From: an uncultured delta proteobacterium
Lineage (GTDB): Bacteria; Myxococcota; Myxococcia; Myxococcales; Myxococcaceae
Assembly: GCA_963796055.1 (NCBI GenBank)
Contig: CAWCKH010000003.1
Span: forward strand, 416,001-480,000
Direction: 5' to 3'
DNA: 64,000 nt
Part shown: positions 44,794 to 54,287 of the stretch, one piece after another
Position numbering within the stretch: the first letter of the stretch is position 1
Layout: each line of letters opens with the position of its first letter
Made by a program: the position numbers and the translations under genes
Notes under the pieces: model-generated
What the model was told of the DNA's origin: nothing
Databases searched by the model: none
The model's input: the letters and a program-made list of their open reading frames with translations, nothing else

Positions 44794-47235
44794 TCACTCG
44801 GCGCGGAGCGTCTCCTGCGGGTCGACGCGGGTGGCGCGGTTGGCCGGCAGGAGTGCCGCGGCAACGCTGACCACCGTCAGCACCGCCGCCGCCCCCAGCG
44901 CGGTGGGCGGGTCGGAGGGCGCGACACCGTAGAGCAGCTGCTTCAGCGAGCGTCCCAGGATGAGCGCGCCGCCGAGCCCGGCGACGATCCCGATGCCGGC
45001 CAGGGCCAGAGCGCGGCGGAGCACCCACCACCGCACCGAGCGGGCCGAGGCGCCGATGGCCATCCGGATGCCAATCTCCCGGGTGCGCTGGGCCACGCTG
45101 AAGGCCAGCACCCCGTAGACGCCGGCCGCGGCGAGGACCACCGCCAGGCCGGCGAACAGCCCGAGCAGCATTCCGGCCGAGCGCGTGGCGGCGACGGAGT
45201 CCGCGACCCGGTCCTCGAGCGTCTTCACCTCGAACAAGGAGAGCCCGGGATCCACGGAGGCGAGCTCTCGCCGGGCGGCGGAGGCGAGCGGCGCCAGCGC
45301 CTCGCGGCTGCGGAGCACGAAGGTCAGCCGGCTGGAGGTGTCCTGATCGAGCGGATAGTACATCTCGGGTCGTGGCTTCACGCCCAGGCCGTCGTGGTGG
45401 ACGTCACCCACCACCCCCACGATCCGCCGCCACGGCTCGTGGTCTTCGCTGTCGCCGGGGCGGATCCGCGCCCCCAGCGGTGACCTCCCTGCCCAGAAGC
45501 GCCGCACCGCCTCGACGTTGACCAGTGCCACCGGCTCGGCGCCCGACCGGTCAGAGTCCTCGAACGAGCGGCCTTCCAGGAGGCGGATGCCCATCGCCTC
45601 GACGTAGCCGGGCGAGGCGAACCGGTACTCGATCGCCGGCTCGTGGGCCTTGTCGAAGGTCTGCCCCTCGATGGAGAAGTTCCCGTTGGAGTTGCTCCCG
45701 TTGAGCGGGAGGTCGTTGATCGCTCCGGCATGGCTCACTCCGGGCAAGGCCCTGAGCCGCGGCAGGAACGAGGCGAGCATCGCCCGCTTCGACGGATCGT
45801 CCTGGTACCGCTCCGGGGGCAGCTGCACCCGGAAGGCGACGGCCTGCGCTGGACGGAACCCCGGGTCCTGGTGCAGCAGCCGGTCCACGCTCTCGAGCAC
45901 CAGGGCCGCGCCCAGCAGCGGGGCGAGCGCGAGCGCCACCTCGAAGATCACCAGCCCCGACTGCAGCCACTGGGTGCGGTGGCCGAGCGCGCTCCGCATC
46001 TCCCCCCGGACCGCGGCGAGGTCGCCCCCGGCCAGGAGCAGCGAGGGCAGGACACCGAAGAGCGCGGTGGTCAGCACGCACAGCCCCACGGAGAAGGCCA
46101 GCACCCGGACGTCGAGCCCCACGGCGGTGGCCAGCGCCGGGGCGCGGATGGGCAGCGCGCCGCGCAGCACCGCCGACCCCATCCACCCCACCAGGAGCCC
46201 GAGGGCGGTCCCGGCGACCGACAGCACCGCCGCCTCGACGAGGAGTGCCCGGGCCACCCGCCAGCGGTCGGCCCCCAGCGCCATCCGGACCGCCACCTCG
46301 CGCCGGCGCGCCGCTCCGCGGGCGAGCAGGAGATTTGCCAGGTTCACGCAAGCGATGAGCAGCACCAGCCCGACCACCGCCCCGAGGGCGCCGAGCGAGG
46401 TGCGCGCCTCGCCGAGCAGCTCGTCCACCCAGGGAACGACCAGGATGCCGTGGTGGACGTAGTCCGGGTGGTCGGTCGCGATCAGCTTCACCACCGACAG
46501 GAGATCCTTCTGTGCCGCAGCCACCGTCACCCCGGGCGCGAGCCGGCCGACGGCGCTCATGAAGTGCGTCCCCCGCGGGGAGGTGGCCGGGTCGTTCTGC
46601 AGCGGAACCCAGATGTCGGAGTCGCCGAGCCAGTGCGGCTGCTCCCGGACCACCCCGAGAACCGTGTGGTCGCGGCCGTCGAGCCGGAGGGTGCTCCCCA
46701 CGACGTCGGGGCGGCCGGCGTAGTGCTTCCTCCAGAAGCGCTCCCCGATCATCGCCACCGCTGGCCCACCGACCCGGTCCTCGTCCGGGGCGAACTCGCG
46801 CCCCAGCAGCGGCGGCAGGCCGAGCACCCGGAGCGCGCCCGCGTTCATCCGCTGGGTCGAGACCCTGATCGGCTCACCGTCGCCGGAGAGGCTCTTGTTG
46901 GTCTGGGCAAAGAGCGCCAGCCCGCTGAGGCTCCGGGAGTGGGTGACCCAGTCTCGGGCGTCGGGGACGGAGACCGACGCCCGGGCCACGTCCGGCTGGA
47001 CGTCGTAGATCCGCACCAGCTCCTCGGGTGCGCGGTACGCCAGCGGGCGCAGCAGCACCGCGTTGACCAGGGTGAAGACGGCGGTGGTGGCGCCGGTGGC
47101 CAGCGCCAGGGTGAGGATCGCGGTGGCAGTGAAGCCCCTGTCTCGGAGGAGGCGGCGGACGGCCACCCGCACGTCCTTCCCGACGCCCGCCAGCAGCGGG
47201 GGATCCGGCGGTGGGCGGAGGGAATGCTGGGACAT
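44794..47235 (-). CDS. ABC transporter permease with duplicated MacB-periplasmic/FtsX architecture (ADOP-like), no adjacent ATPase
   Basis: LTLALATGATTAVFTLVNAVLLRPL, LLIACVNLANLLLAR..RRREVAVRMALGA and QRTREIGIRMAIGA...RATRVDP motifs. Confidence 0.92.
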   Translation of the reverse strand: MSQHSLRPPPDPPLLAGVGKDVRVAVRRLLRDRGFTATAILTLALATGATTAVFTLVNAVLLRPLAYRAPEELVRIYDVQPDVARASVSVPDARDWVTHSRSLSGLALFAQTNKSLSGDGEPIRVSTQRMNAGALRVLGLPPLLGREFAPDEDRVGGPAVAMIGERFWRKHYAGRPDVVGSTLRLDGRDHTVLGVVREQPHWLGDSDIWVPLQNDPATSPRGTHFMSAVGRLAPGVTVAAAQKDLLSVVKLIATDHPDYVHHGILVVPWVDELLGEARTSLGALGAVVGLVLLIACVNLANLLLARGAARRREVAVRMALGADRWRVARALLVEAAVLSVAGTALGLLVGWMGSAVLRGALPIRAPALATAVGLDVRVLAFSVGLCVLTTALFGVLPSLLLAGGDLAAVRGEMRSALGHRTQWLQSGLVIFEVALALAPLLGAALVLESVDRLLHQDPGFRPAQAVAFRVQLPPERYQDDPSKRAMLASFLPRLRALPGVSHAGAINDLPLNGSNSNGNFSIEGQTFDKAHEPAIEYRFASPGYVEAMGIRLLEGRSFEDSDRSGAEPVALVNVEAVRRFWAGRSPLGARIRPGDSEDHEPWRRIVGVVGDVHHDGLGVKPRPEMYYPLDQDTSSRLTFVLRSREALAPLASAARRELASVDPGLSLFEVKTLEDRVADSVAATRSAGMLLGLFAGLAVVLAAAGVYGVLAFSVAQRTREIGIRMAIGASARSVRWWVLRRALALAGIGIVAGLGGALILGRSLKQLLYGVAPSDPPTALGAAAVLTVVSVAAALLPANRATRVDPQETLRAE

Positions 47236-47581
47236 GGAGTGGCCCCCTCAGCGAAGGGCGTGCCACCCGGGAGGCCGGCTGGATCACGGGGAGAAGCGCC
47301 GCCCTGGCTCCAGCGGACGAAGCAGGCTCGGGACCGGGAATCCCATATCCGGACAGGCAGGTGCAGAGCGGCCCCGGGGTGGACGCGGGGGCGAGACCAT
47401 CGAGGCACTGCCGGCGTCGGACGGCCTGCGCGACCTTCAGCGCTCGACGCGGTCCGGAGTCACGCAGCCGGCCTGCGCGGACACCCCGCCACGGCCGGGC
47501 GACCGGTTTCGTATCTGGAAGGCCCTCCGGCATACCGAACCGGACGGAGGCAAGCGCAGGCTGTCCGCGGGGTCGCGTGGG

Positions 47582-48637
47582 CTACTTCGGCTCCGACTCC
47601 GGTGTGGGCGGCGCGGCAGAAGGCTCGTCGCGAGCCACCTCCGCCTTGGCCTCCACATCCGCCCGCTCGTAGGCCCGGATGACCTCCTGCACCAGCGGGT
47701 GGCGGACCACGTCCACCTCGCTGAAGGTGCAGAAGGCAATGCCCTCCACACCCTCCAGGATGCGGCGGGCGTGCGACAGGCCCGACGTCCTCCCCTGCGG
47801 CAGGTCCACCTGGGTCACGTCGCCGGTCACCACCGCCTTGCTGTGAAAGCCCAGCCGGGTGAGGAACATCTTCATCTGCTCGACGGTGGTGTTCTGCGCC
47901 TCGTCGAGGATGACGAAGGCGTCGTTGAGCGTCCGCCCGCGCATGAAGGCGAGCGGCGCGACCTCCACCGTCCCCTGCTCCACCAGCTGCGTGGCGCGGC
48001 CGGCGTCCATCATGTCGTGGAGCGCGTCGTAGAGAGGCCGGAGGTAAGGGTTCACCTTCTCCGCCAGGTCCCCCGGGAGGAAGCCCAGCTTCTCGCCCGC
48101 CTCGACCGCGGGCCGGGCGAGGATGATGCGCTTGACGCTCCGGTCCTGCAGCGCCGCCACTGCCATCGCCATGGCCAGGTAGGTCTTGCCGGTGCCGGCG
48201 GGCCCGATGCCGAAGACGATGTCGTGCCGGCGAATGGCGTCGACGTAGCGCTTCTGCCCCAGGCTCTTGGGTGCGACGTGGCGGCCGGCGCGGGACAGCA
48301 CCGGCCCGAGGACCAGGGTGTCCAGCCCCTGCTCCGGCGAGGCGCCCCGGCCCAGCATCTTCAGCCCCTGCTCCACGTCCTCGCGGCCCACCGACTGGCC
48401 CGCCCGGAGGATGGTCTCCAGCTGCTCGACGAGGCGGACCGCGGAAGCGACCGCATCCGCCGGCCCCGACAGGTGGAGCTCCGTCCCGCGCTGCCCGACC
48501 CGCACGCCCAGCCGGCGTTCGATGGCCTTGAGATTCTCGGCGTGGTTGCCGGAGACGCCGAGGGCGACGTCGTTGTCCCGGAGGTCCACCCGGGCGGTGG
48601 TCACGAGCGAGGTGTCACGGGGAGAAGCGGTGGGCAA
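47582..48637 (-). CDS. phoH: PhoH family ATPase
   Basis: [28 protein letters not shown] and [11 protein letters not shown]...DEAQN motifs. Confidence 0.96.
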   Translation of the reverse strand: MPTASPRDTSLVTTARVDLRDNDVALGVSGNHAENLKAIERRLGVRVGQRGTELHLSGPADAVASAVRLVEQLETILRAGQSVGREDVEQGLKMLGRGASPEQGLDTLVLGPVLSRAGRHVAPKSLGQKRYVDAIRRHDIVFGIGPAGTGKTYLAMAMAVAALQDRSVKRIILARPAVEAGEKLGFLPGDLAEKVNPYLRPLYDALHDMMDAGRATQLVEQGTVEVAPLAFMRGRTLNDAFVILDEAQNTTVEQMKMFLTRLGFHSKAVVTGDVTQVDLPQGRTSGLSHARRILEGVEGIAFCTFSEVDVVRHPLVQEVIRAYERADVEAKAEVARDEPSAAPPTPESEPK

Positions 48638-48688
48638 CGGTTCCTTTCAGGTGCGCCCGGGGACGGGACGCGGCAGCAGAGAGGGAGG

Positions 48689-49819
48689 CTAGCGCAAGGG
48701 CGGCAGAAGGATGAACTCCTGAGGCCCGACGCGGCGGTAGTAGTAACGCTCCGCCCAGGGAAACCGCACGTCACTGGACGACAGAAGCCCTTGCTCCACC
48801 AGCGCTTCCAGGGAGGCCGGGACCTCCCCGCGCTCGAGGCGGTACACCGCCAGCGCCCCCTCGATGCGGCTCACCTGCGCGCGGGTGATCTGCTGCCGGA
48901 GCACTCCTTCGGCGAATCCGGCGCCGGCGCTGGAGCGCACCGACCAGGGGTTGAGCTGGGTTCCCAGCAGGACCCCCACGATGCCGGCCAGCACCACCAT
49001 GCTCACCGCCAGGCGGCCCAGCGCTCCGCGGACCCGATCGCCGAGGCCGATGTCGTCCTCGGGCAGGTCCGGCTCGCCCACCGGCATCAGCGCCGTGACG
49101 TGACCGAGGTTGGCCAGGTTGCAGAGCGCCTTGCAGGTTTCGAACTCGCCCAGGCATGACAGGTCGATGAGCTTGCGCACGTCGCGGTAGCCGTTGACCA
49201 GCGCGTAGAGCCGACGCTCGGAGGGGCCAATGGAGGCGAACTCGCCCGCCGATTCGATCGGGCTCCCGTCCGGAGGAGGAAGAAGCTTCCCGGGGGCGAA
49301 CACCAGGTCGTAGCGCGGGATCCGCTTCCGGATCACCGGCCACTCGTCCACCATCCGGAAGCCTTCCATCAGCACCGACTCGGCGCGCACCGGCTCCAGA
49401 TCGTGCGTGTCGTGGTGGACCGGCCCCTGCTCGAACTCGTACGTCCCGGTCTTCCAGGTGAAGAGCCGGTACAGCGTCTCGTCGAACTGCAGCTGCGCCA
49501 TCCGCCGGTACTGGTCCTTGGTCAGGACGCCCTGCGAGATGAGGCAGTCACCCAGCCGCTGCAGCGAGCGCTTCTGCGTCTCCAGCGCCAGCTCCAGCTG
49601 GGTCTCGGTGATCAGCTCCGCGGCGACCAGCATGTGGCCGAAGAGGTCGCGCTTCTTCTTGTTGGCGCTCTCCGCGGAGACGATGGCCCCGTCGACGAAG
49701 CCGACCTTCACCTCCTGGTCCTTGCTCCGGAGGCGGAGGACCCCGGTCTTCTGCTGCTGGGCGATGAGCTGGAGGATGTCGGCGATGCCGAAGTCCTTGA
49801 GCGTTCCGGCGAGGGCCAT
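48689..49819 (-). CDS. DUF4388 (PatA_N-like) domain membrane protein with a C-terminal GspG/pseudopilin-like domain
   Basis: MALAGTLKDFGIADILQLI..QKTGVL (DUF4388), an internal LFGHMLV...LELAL..Q...RLGDCLI repeat, a single TM, and a tail LAVYRLERGEVPASLEALVEQGLL...FPWAERYYYR. Confidence 0.8.
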   Translation of the reverse strand: MALAGTLKDFGIADILQLIAQQQKTGVLRLRSKDQEVKVGFVDGAIVSAESANKKKRDLFGHMLVAAELITETQLELALETQKRSLQRLGDCLISQGVLTKDQYRRMAQLQFDETLYRLFTWKTGTYEFEQGPVHHDTHDLEPVRAESVLMEGFRMVDEWPVIRKRIPRYDLVFAPGKLLPPPDGSPIESAGEFASIGPSERRLYALVNGYRDVRKLIDLSCLGEFETCKALCNLANLGHVTALMPVGEPDLPEDDIGLGDRVRGALGRLAVSMVVLAGIVGVLLGTQLNPWSVRSSAGAGFAEGVLRQQITRAQVSRIEGALAVYRLERGEVPASLEALVEQGLLSSSDVRFPWAERYYYRRVGPQEFILLPPLR

Positions 49820-49829
49820 GGCTAGAGCA

Positions 49830-51998
49830 CTAGCTCCTCTCCCGTGCCAGGTGCCGGAGCGAGGCGCCCCAGGTCACCGCCAGCAGCACCAGCGCCAGGA
49901 CCAGCCACCCCACCGTGCCCGCCGAGAGCCCCGGAGTCCGGAGGAGCCCCTCGCGGTTGACGGCCACCGTGAGGCCGAAGGCGAAGACGAAGGCGTGCAG
50001 CGCGCCGCGTACCGGAAGCCCGGTGAAGAGGTGGCCGGCCCCCGACCAGAGCAGGCCGAGGGCGTACGCCCAGCGGCTCACCCAGGCCTGGTGGTGGCGG
50101 ACCTCCATCTCCTTGTTCACCCGCGCCATCGGCGCCACCTTGCCGCGACGGGCGTAGACGTTGACGCACTGGTGGCAGAGCTGACTGTCCTCCACCAGCT
50201 CGGGGTCGCAGCGCCGGCACACCGCGCGGCCGCACTTCATGCAGGCCCGGCTGACGCCCCGCCCTCCCCGGGCGAACCCCAGCCCGGCGAGCACCGCCAC
50301 GCCCGCCAGCGGCACCAGCACCGCGGCGCTCGGCTCCAGATCTCCCACCAGCGTCTGGCCGAGCTGCGCGGTGACCCGGGCCCGCCGCTCGGGGCCGTCG
50401 GTCACCGACGGCTCGGCCGGTGACAGGGCCGGAGTGAGGAGGGTGAGGTTCATCGCCGGGTGGCTGTCGGGCGGATCGGCCCGGGTCATCAGCCGCTCGT
50501 CGAGGCGCTGGGCGGCCGCGGCGGCGTTCTGCGCCCGGTCGAGCTCGGGCCCCACCGCGTCATCGGACAGCGTCCGTGCGCGCCGGCGGTAGACCCGGGA
50601 CACGTTCCACAGCGGATCGGGCAAGGTGGGGTCGGCCTCGCTGGCCTTGGTGTAGGCGGCGATCGCCTCCGGCCATCGGTTCTCGCCGAAGGCCACGTTC
50701 CCGATCAGCGTCTGCGCCCGGGCATCGCCCCCGCGCAGCCCGAGCACCTTCTCTGCATGGGACCGCGCCGGCTCGAGCTTGCCGCGCCGGAGCTCCCAGC
50801 GCGCGAGCGCGTACAGCTCGGGATAGGTCGCCCGTCCCGACTCCAGGCGGGCCTGGACGCGCGCCGCGGCGGCGGAGGCCTCCAGCCCGCCGCGCTCGAG
50901 CTGCAGCACGTCCGCCGCCGGCGTGCCGGCGAAGGTGGTGGCCTGCACCAGCGCCCCGGCGAGCGGCGCTACCAGGCACGCCCCCGCCAGGAGCACCGCC
51001 AGCAGCCAGCGCTCCTTCGCCTCGAGGTACAGCGTCACCGCGGCGAAGAGCACCAGCGAGGGGAAGAGCAGCCCCAGCCGGAACACCCACGGAAGCAGCA
51101 AGACCAGACTCAGCAGCGCACCGGCCTGCCACCGTGCCACGCCCCGGGGGAAGGCGTGGTGGACGTCGTGCACCAGCGAGGGCGCGGTGCGCAGGAGGAG
51201 CACCACCAGCGCGGCCAGGGCGGTCGCGAGCCAGGCGACGAGCAGCATCGCCCCCAGGTCGCCGAGCAGACTCCGGCTCCACCGCGGGTCGGCGAGCGCG
51301 GCATGCCCGGCGTTCCGGGCGTCTGCCCACAGCCGGCGAAGGTCGAGAGGATCGTTGCTCAGGTGCGCGCGAAAGAGGCCCCAGTGCGCGTCGGCGACGT
51401 CCGGGGAGAGCGTCACCGCCGACTTGGCCAGCTCCACCGCCCCGGCGCCGTCCTTGCCGACGGCACGGACCCGGGCCCCCCGGAGCAGCGCCAGGCTGAC
51501 CGACTCGAGGTCGGCGATGGCCAGCGTCTCCCGCAGCTCGACCAGGCGGTCGCGTGCGGCGCGCGAGGCCTTCGGATCGCGAATGCGCTCGGCCTCCCTC
51601 CACGCATCGAAGGCCTGGAGGATGGCCTCGTCACCCTCGGTCGGGACCAGCAGGGGCGGCGGGGGCGTCCGGTCGCGCGCGGGTCCGGCGGACGGGGGAG
51701 GAGACGCGGGAGCTGCCGGCGCGGTCGGGGGAGCCGGCGTGGCGGCGCGGCCGGGACGCCGGGCCGGGGTCGGGGGCCGGGGGGCCTGCTCCTGTGCCTG
51801 GGCGGCCGCCGCGTCGTCGTCCGGCTCCGGAGCCGGTGGAGGCGGCGGTTGCCGGCGGGTGCGCGAGGGGCGCGGAACCGGGCCGTCGGGGGCGAGCTCG
51901 TCCACCGGGCGAGGCGGGTCGATCTGCGCCGCTGCCTGCGCCGAGGCCAGGAGCACGAGTGTGGCGAGGAGCGCGGGGGCCGCGCGAAAAGGGGGCAT
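49830..51998 (-). CDS. Polytopic membrane protein with TPR repeats and a Cys-rich (B-box/zinc-ribbon-like) segment
   Basis: Signal peptide, Pro-rich linker, TPR-like helices, several TMs and CMKCGRAVCRRC...LCHQC. Start uncertain (51998-52058). Confidence 0.75.
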   Translation of the reverse strand: MPPFRAAPALLATLVLLASAQAAAQIDPPRPVDELAPDGPVPRPSRTRRQPPPPPAPEPDDDAAAAQAQEQAPRPPTPARRPGRAATPAPPTAPAAPASPPPSAGPARDRTPPPPLLVPTEGDEAILQAFDAWREAERIRDPKASRAARDRLVELRETLAIADLESVSLALLRGARVRAVGKDGAGAVELAKSAVTLSPDVADAHWGLFRAHLSNDPLDLRRLWADARNAGHAALADPRWSRSLLGDLGAMLLVAWLATALAALVVLLLRTAPSLVHDVHHAFPRGVARWQAGALLSLVLLLPWVFRLGLLFPSLVLFAAVTLYLEAKERWLLAVLLAGACLVAPLAGALVQATTFAGTPAADVLQLERGGLEASAAAARVQARLESGRATYPELYALARWELRRGKLEPARSHAEKVLGLRGGDARAQTLIGNVAFGENRWPEAIAAYTKASEADPTLPDPLWNVSRVYRRRARTLSDDAVGPELDRAQNAAAAAQRLDERLMTRADPPDSHPAMNLTLLTPALSPAEPSVTDGPERRARVTAQLGQTLVGDLEPSAAVLVPLAGVAVLAGLGFARGGRGVSRACMKCGRAVCRRCDPELVEDSQLCHQCVNVYARRGKVAPMARVNKEMEVRHHQAWVSRWAYALGLLWSGAGHLFTGLPVRGALHAFVFAFGLTVAVNREGLLRTPGLSAGTVGWLVLALVLLAVTWGASLRHLARERS

Positions 51999-52057
51999 CT
52001 CGAGGAACGGGTGTCCCATGATAGGCGAGCCGCGCCGGGACGCTTCAACCTGAGTCA

Positions 52058-53224
52058 ATGACCAGGTCCCGGGTCGAGGAGGACATGGGACGCTCGGGAG
52101 ACGCCGTGGAGCGGCTGGAGGAGATCATGCGCACCCTGCGCGCCGAGGGTGGATGCCCCTGGGACCGCGCGCAGGACATCCGGACCCTGCGCCCCTACCT
52201 CGTGGAGGAGACCTACGAGGTGCTCGACGAGATGGACCGTGTGGGCGAGGGCGGGCCGTGGCGGGCGCTCTGCGAGGAGCTGGGAGATCTCCTGTTCCAG
52301 ATCGTCTTCCACGCGGAGCTGGCGGGCGAGCTGGGCGAGTTCGGCCTGGCCGACGTGGCCGACGCCATCTCGGACAAGATCGTCTCCCGCCACCCCCACG
52401 TCTTCGAGGGCAAGACGGTGGGCGGCGCCGAGGAGGTGCTACAGAACTGGGCGCGCATCAAGGCGGAGGAGCGGCGGCGCAAGCACGGCCGCGAAGGTTC
52501 GGTGCTCGACGGGGTGCCCTCCGCCGCGCCGGCGCTGCTCCGGGCCGAGCGGATGACCGAGAAGGCTTCCCGCATCGGCTTCGACTGGCCGGACCTCGCC
52601 GGGGTGCGGAGCAAGCTCTCCGAGGAGCTCCAGGAGCTGGACGGTGCGCTCGCCTCGAAAGACCCCCGGGCCATCGAGCACGAGCTGGGCGACGTGCTGT
52701 TCAGCCTCGCCAACCTTTCCCGCTTCACCGCCACGCCCGCCGAGGACGCCCTCCGCGCGGCGAACGCCCGCTTCACCCGGCGCTTCCATGCGGTCGAGGA
52801 GGGGCTCCGGGCGCGCGGCGTGCCGTTCGGAACCGCGACCCTCGCCGAGATGGACGCGCTCTGGCAGAAGGCCAAGGCCGCCGAGGCCGGCGTCCCGCCA
52901 CCGGCGTCGCCACCCCGGGCGCTCGTCGCCCGGCTCGAGCTCACCGCGCCCGAGCCGGCGCGCGCCCACACGTTCTGGAGCGCGGCCGCGCCCGCGCTGG
53001 GGTGGACCGTGGAGGTGGACGGTGGCGAGTGGTCCGTCGAGACGCCGGGGCTGTGCCTGTCCTATGCCCCCGGTCCGGCCTCGGCGGCGACGCTGGTCGT
53101 CGACGCGCCCGGCCTCACCGCCGACGCGCACACCCGCCTGCGCGAGGCCGGAGGCACGGTGGTCTCGGAGCGCCCGCTGGTCTTCCGTGACCCGGTAGGC
53201 ACGTGTATTCACGTGCGACTCTGA
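52058..53224 (+). CDS. mazG: Nucleoside triphosphate pyrophosphohydrolase MazG with a C-terminal VOC/glyoxalase-like extension
   Basis: GCPWDRAQ, EETYEV, EELGDLLFQIVFH, RHPHVF, GFDW and ELGDVLF motifs, plus about 100 extra C-terminal residues. Alternative start 52085. Confidence 0.93.
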   Translation: MTRSRVEEDMGRSGDAVERLEEIMRTLRAEGGCPWDRAQDIRTLRPYLVEETYEVLDEMDRVGEGGPWRALCEELGDLLFQIVFHAELAGELGEFGLADVADAISDKIVSRHPHVFEGKTVGGAEEVLQNWARIKAEERRRKHGREGSVLDGVPSAAPALLRAERMTEKASRIGFDWPDLAGVRSKLSEELQELDGALASKDPRAIEHELGDVLFSLANLSRFTATPAEDALRAANARFTRRFHAVEEGLRARGVPFGTATLAEMDALWQKAKAAEAGVPPPASPPRALVARLELTAPEPARAHTFWSAAAPALGWTVEVDGGEWSVETPGLCLSYAPGPASAATLVVDAPGLTADAHTRLREAGGTVVSERPLVFRDPVGTCIHVRL

Positions 53225-53472
53225 GCGGGTCTGCGCGCTCCTGAGTTCCCACAAGACTTGTGTGGAAACTGGGGAGAACGCTGTGGACCGTGACAGGCAC
53301 GAGACGAGCGGATGGCAACCAACCGGGCGTGCAGAAGGTTTCAGCATCGAACACCTCCGAGTCAGCACGCGAGGTTAGGGCTCCGAAAAGGCCTACTTCT
53401 CCACAAGAGGACTGATCCTTCGTCCGGGTCTCCGGGATTTTCCCGGACGACGGGGTCGCGTGGGGGTCTCTC

Positions 53473-53501
53473 TTGACGGCCTGGGGGCTCGCCTGTAGGG
53501 A
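53473..53501 (+). promoter_or_regulatory. Putative sigma70 promoter of rpsT
   Basis: TTGACG (53473-53478) - N17 - TAGGGA (53496-53501), 9 nt before the GTG. A GGAGG SD-like motif overlaps it. Confidence 0.45.
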
Positions 53502-53510
53502 GGGCCGCCC

Positions 53511-53777
53511 GTGGCAAATACCAAGTCAGCTCAGAAGCGGAACCGGCAGGCGCTGAAGCGCCGGGCCCGGAACCAGGCGGTCCGGACGCAGGTGAAGTCG
53601 GCGGTGAAGAAGGTCCGCGAGGCGCTGTCCTCGAAGGACCCCGCCCGCCTCCAGGAGGCGCTCCGGGCTGTGGCCCGCACCTTGGACAAGGCCGCCAGCA
53701 AGGGCGTGCTGCACAAGAAGAACGCGAGCCGCCGCATCGCCCGCCTGGCCGCTGCGGCCCAGGCCGCACACGCCTAA
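53511..53777 (+). CDS. rpsT: 30S ribosomal protein S20
   Basis: MANTKSAQKRNRQ...DKAASKGVLHKKNASRRIARL. Confidence 0.97.
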   Translation: MANTKSAQKRNRQALKRRARNQAVRTQVKSAVKKVREALSSKDPARLQEALRAVARTLDKAASKGVLHKKNASRRIARLAAAAQAAHA

Positions 53778-53783
53778 CCACTC

Positions 53784-54287
53784 CTACCCGGTCTGCAGCC
53801 GCGCCACCGCGTCGGCGGCGAGCGTGCTCGCCAGTCGGCGAAGGGCGGCCTGACGGTTGGCCTCGGTGGTCAGCACGTCCGCTCGCAGCGCCGGCAGGTA
53901 GTCCTCCGTCCCGTTGACGTCGCTCATCGCCAGCAGCGTCTGGCCCCGGAACAGCCGGACCCGAAGGGTGGCCGACACGCGGTAGGTGAGCGCCGCCGAG
54001 GTGCCCGGAGCCAGCTGCGCCACCCCTGCGCCGACCGCGAGCAGCTCGCCCTCGAGCCGACCCTCGCTGCCCTCAGCGCCCAGATGCCCCGAGCGCGCCA
54101 GCTGCTCGCGCAGCGCCTCGGTGAAGACGCCCTCCAGCGCGGGCTCGGTGGTGCGGTTGACGACGACCGGGGCGAACACCTTCTGGATGCCCTGGGGAAA
54201 CCCCGCCCCGCCGGCGGTGAAGTGGTAGCCGCAGCCTGACTGGGCCAGGCAGGCCAGCCACAGCAGAGCCGCGCGCGCTCGCCTCAT
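53784..54287 (-). CDS. lptE: LPS assembly lipoprotein LptE family
   Basis: Lipobox SGC-GYHF and VVNRTTEPALE; classic leuS-lptE order with an ATGA overlap. Confidence 0.85.
   Translation of the reverse strand: MRRARAALLWLACLAQSGCGYHFTAGGAGFPQGIQKVFAPVVVNRTTEPALEGVFTEALREQLARSGHLGAEGSEGRLEGELLAVGAGVAQLAPGTSAALTYRVSATLRVRLFRGQTLLAMSDVNGTEDYLPALRADVLTTEANRQAALRRLASTLAADAVARLQTG

Noticed and set aside
47236..47581. Imperfect hairpin near 47503-47543 as a possible ncRNA or riboswitch
   Set aside because: No recognisable family motif; at most a terminator-like stem after phoH.
53225..53510. oriC
   Set aside because: The boxes are degenerate, and there is no dnaA/dnaN nearby and no AT-rich unwinding element. 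Kept only as a DnaA-box-like cluster.
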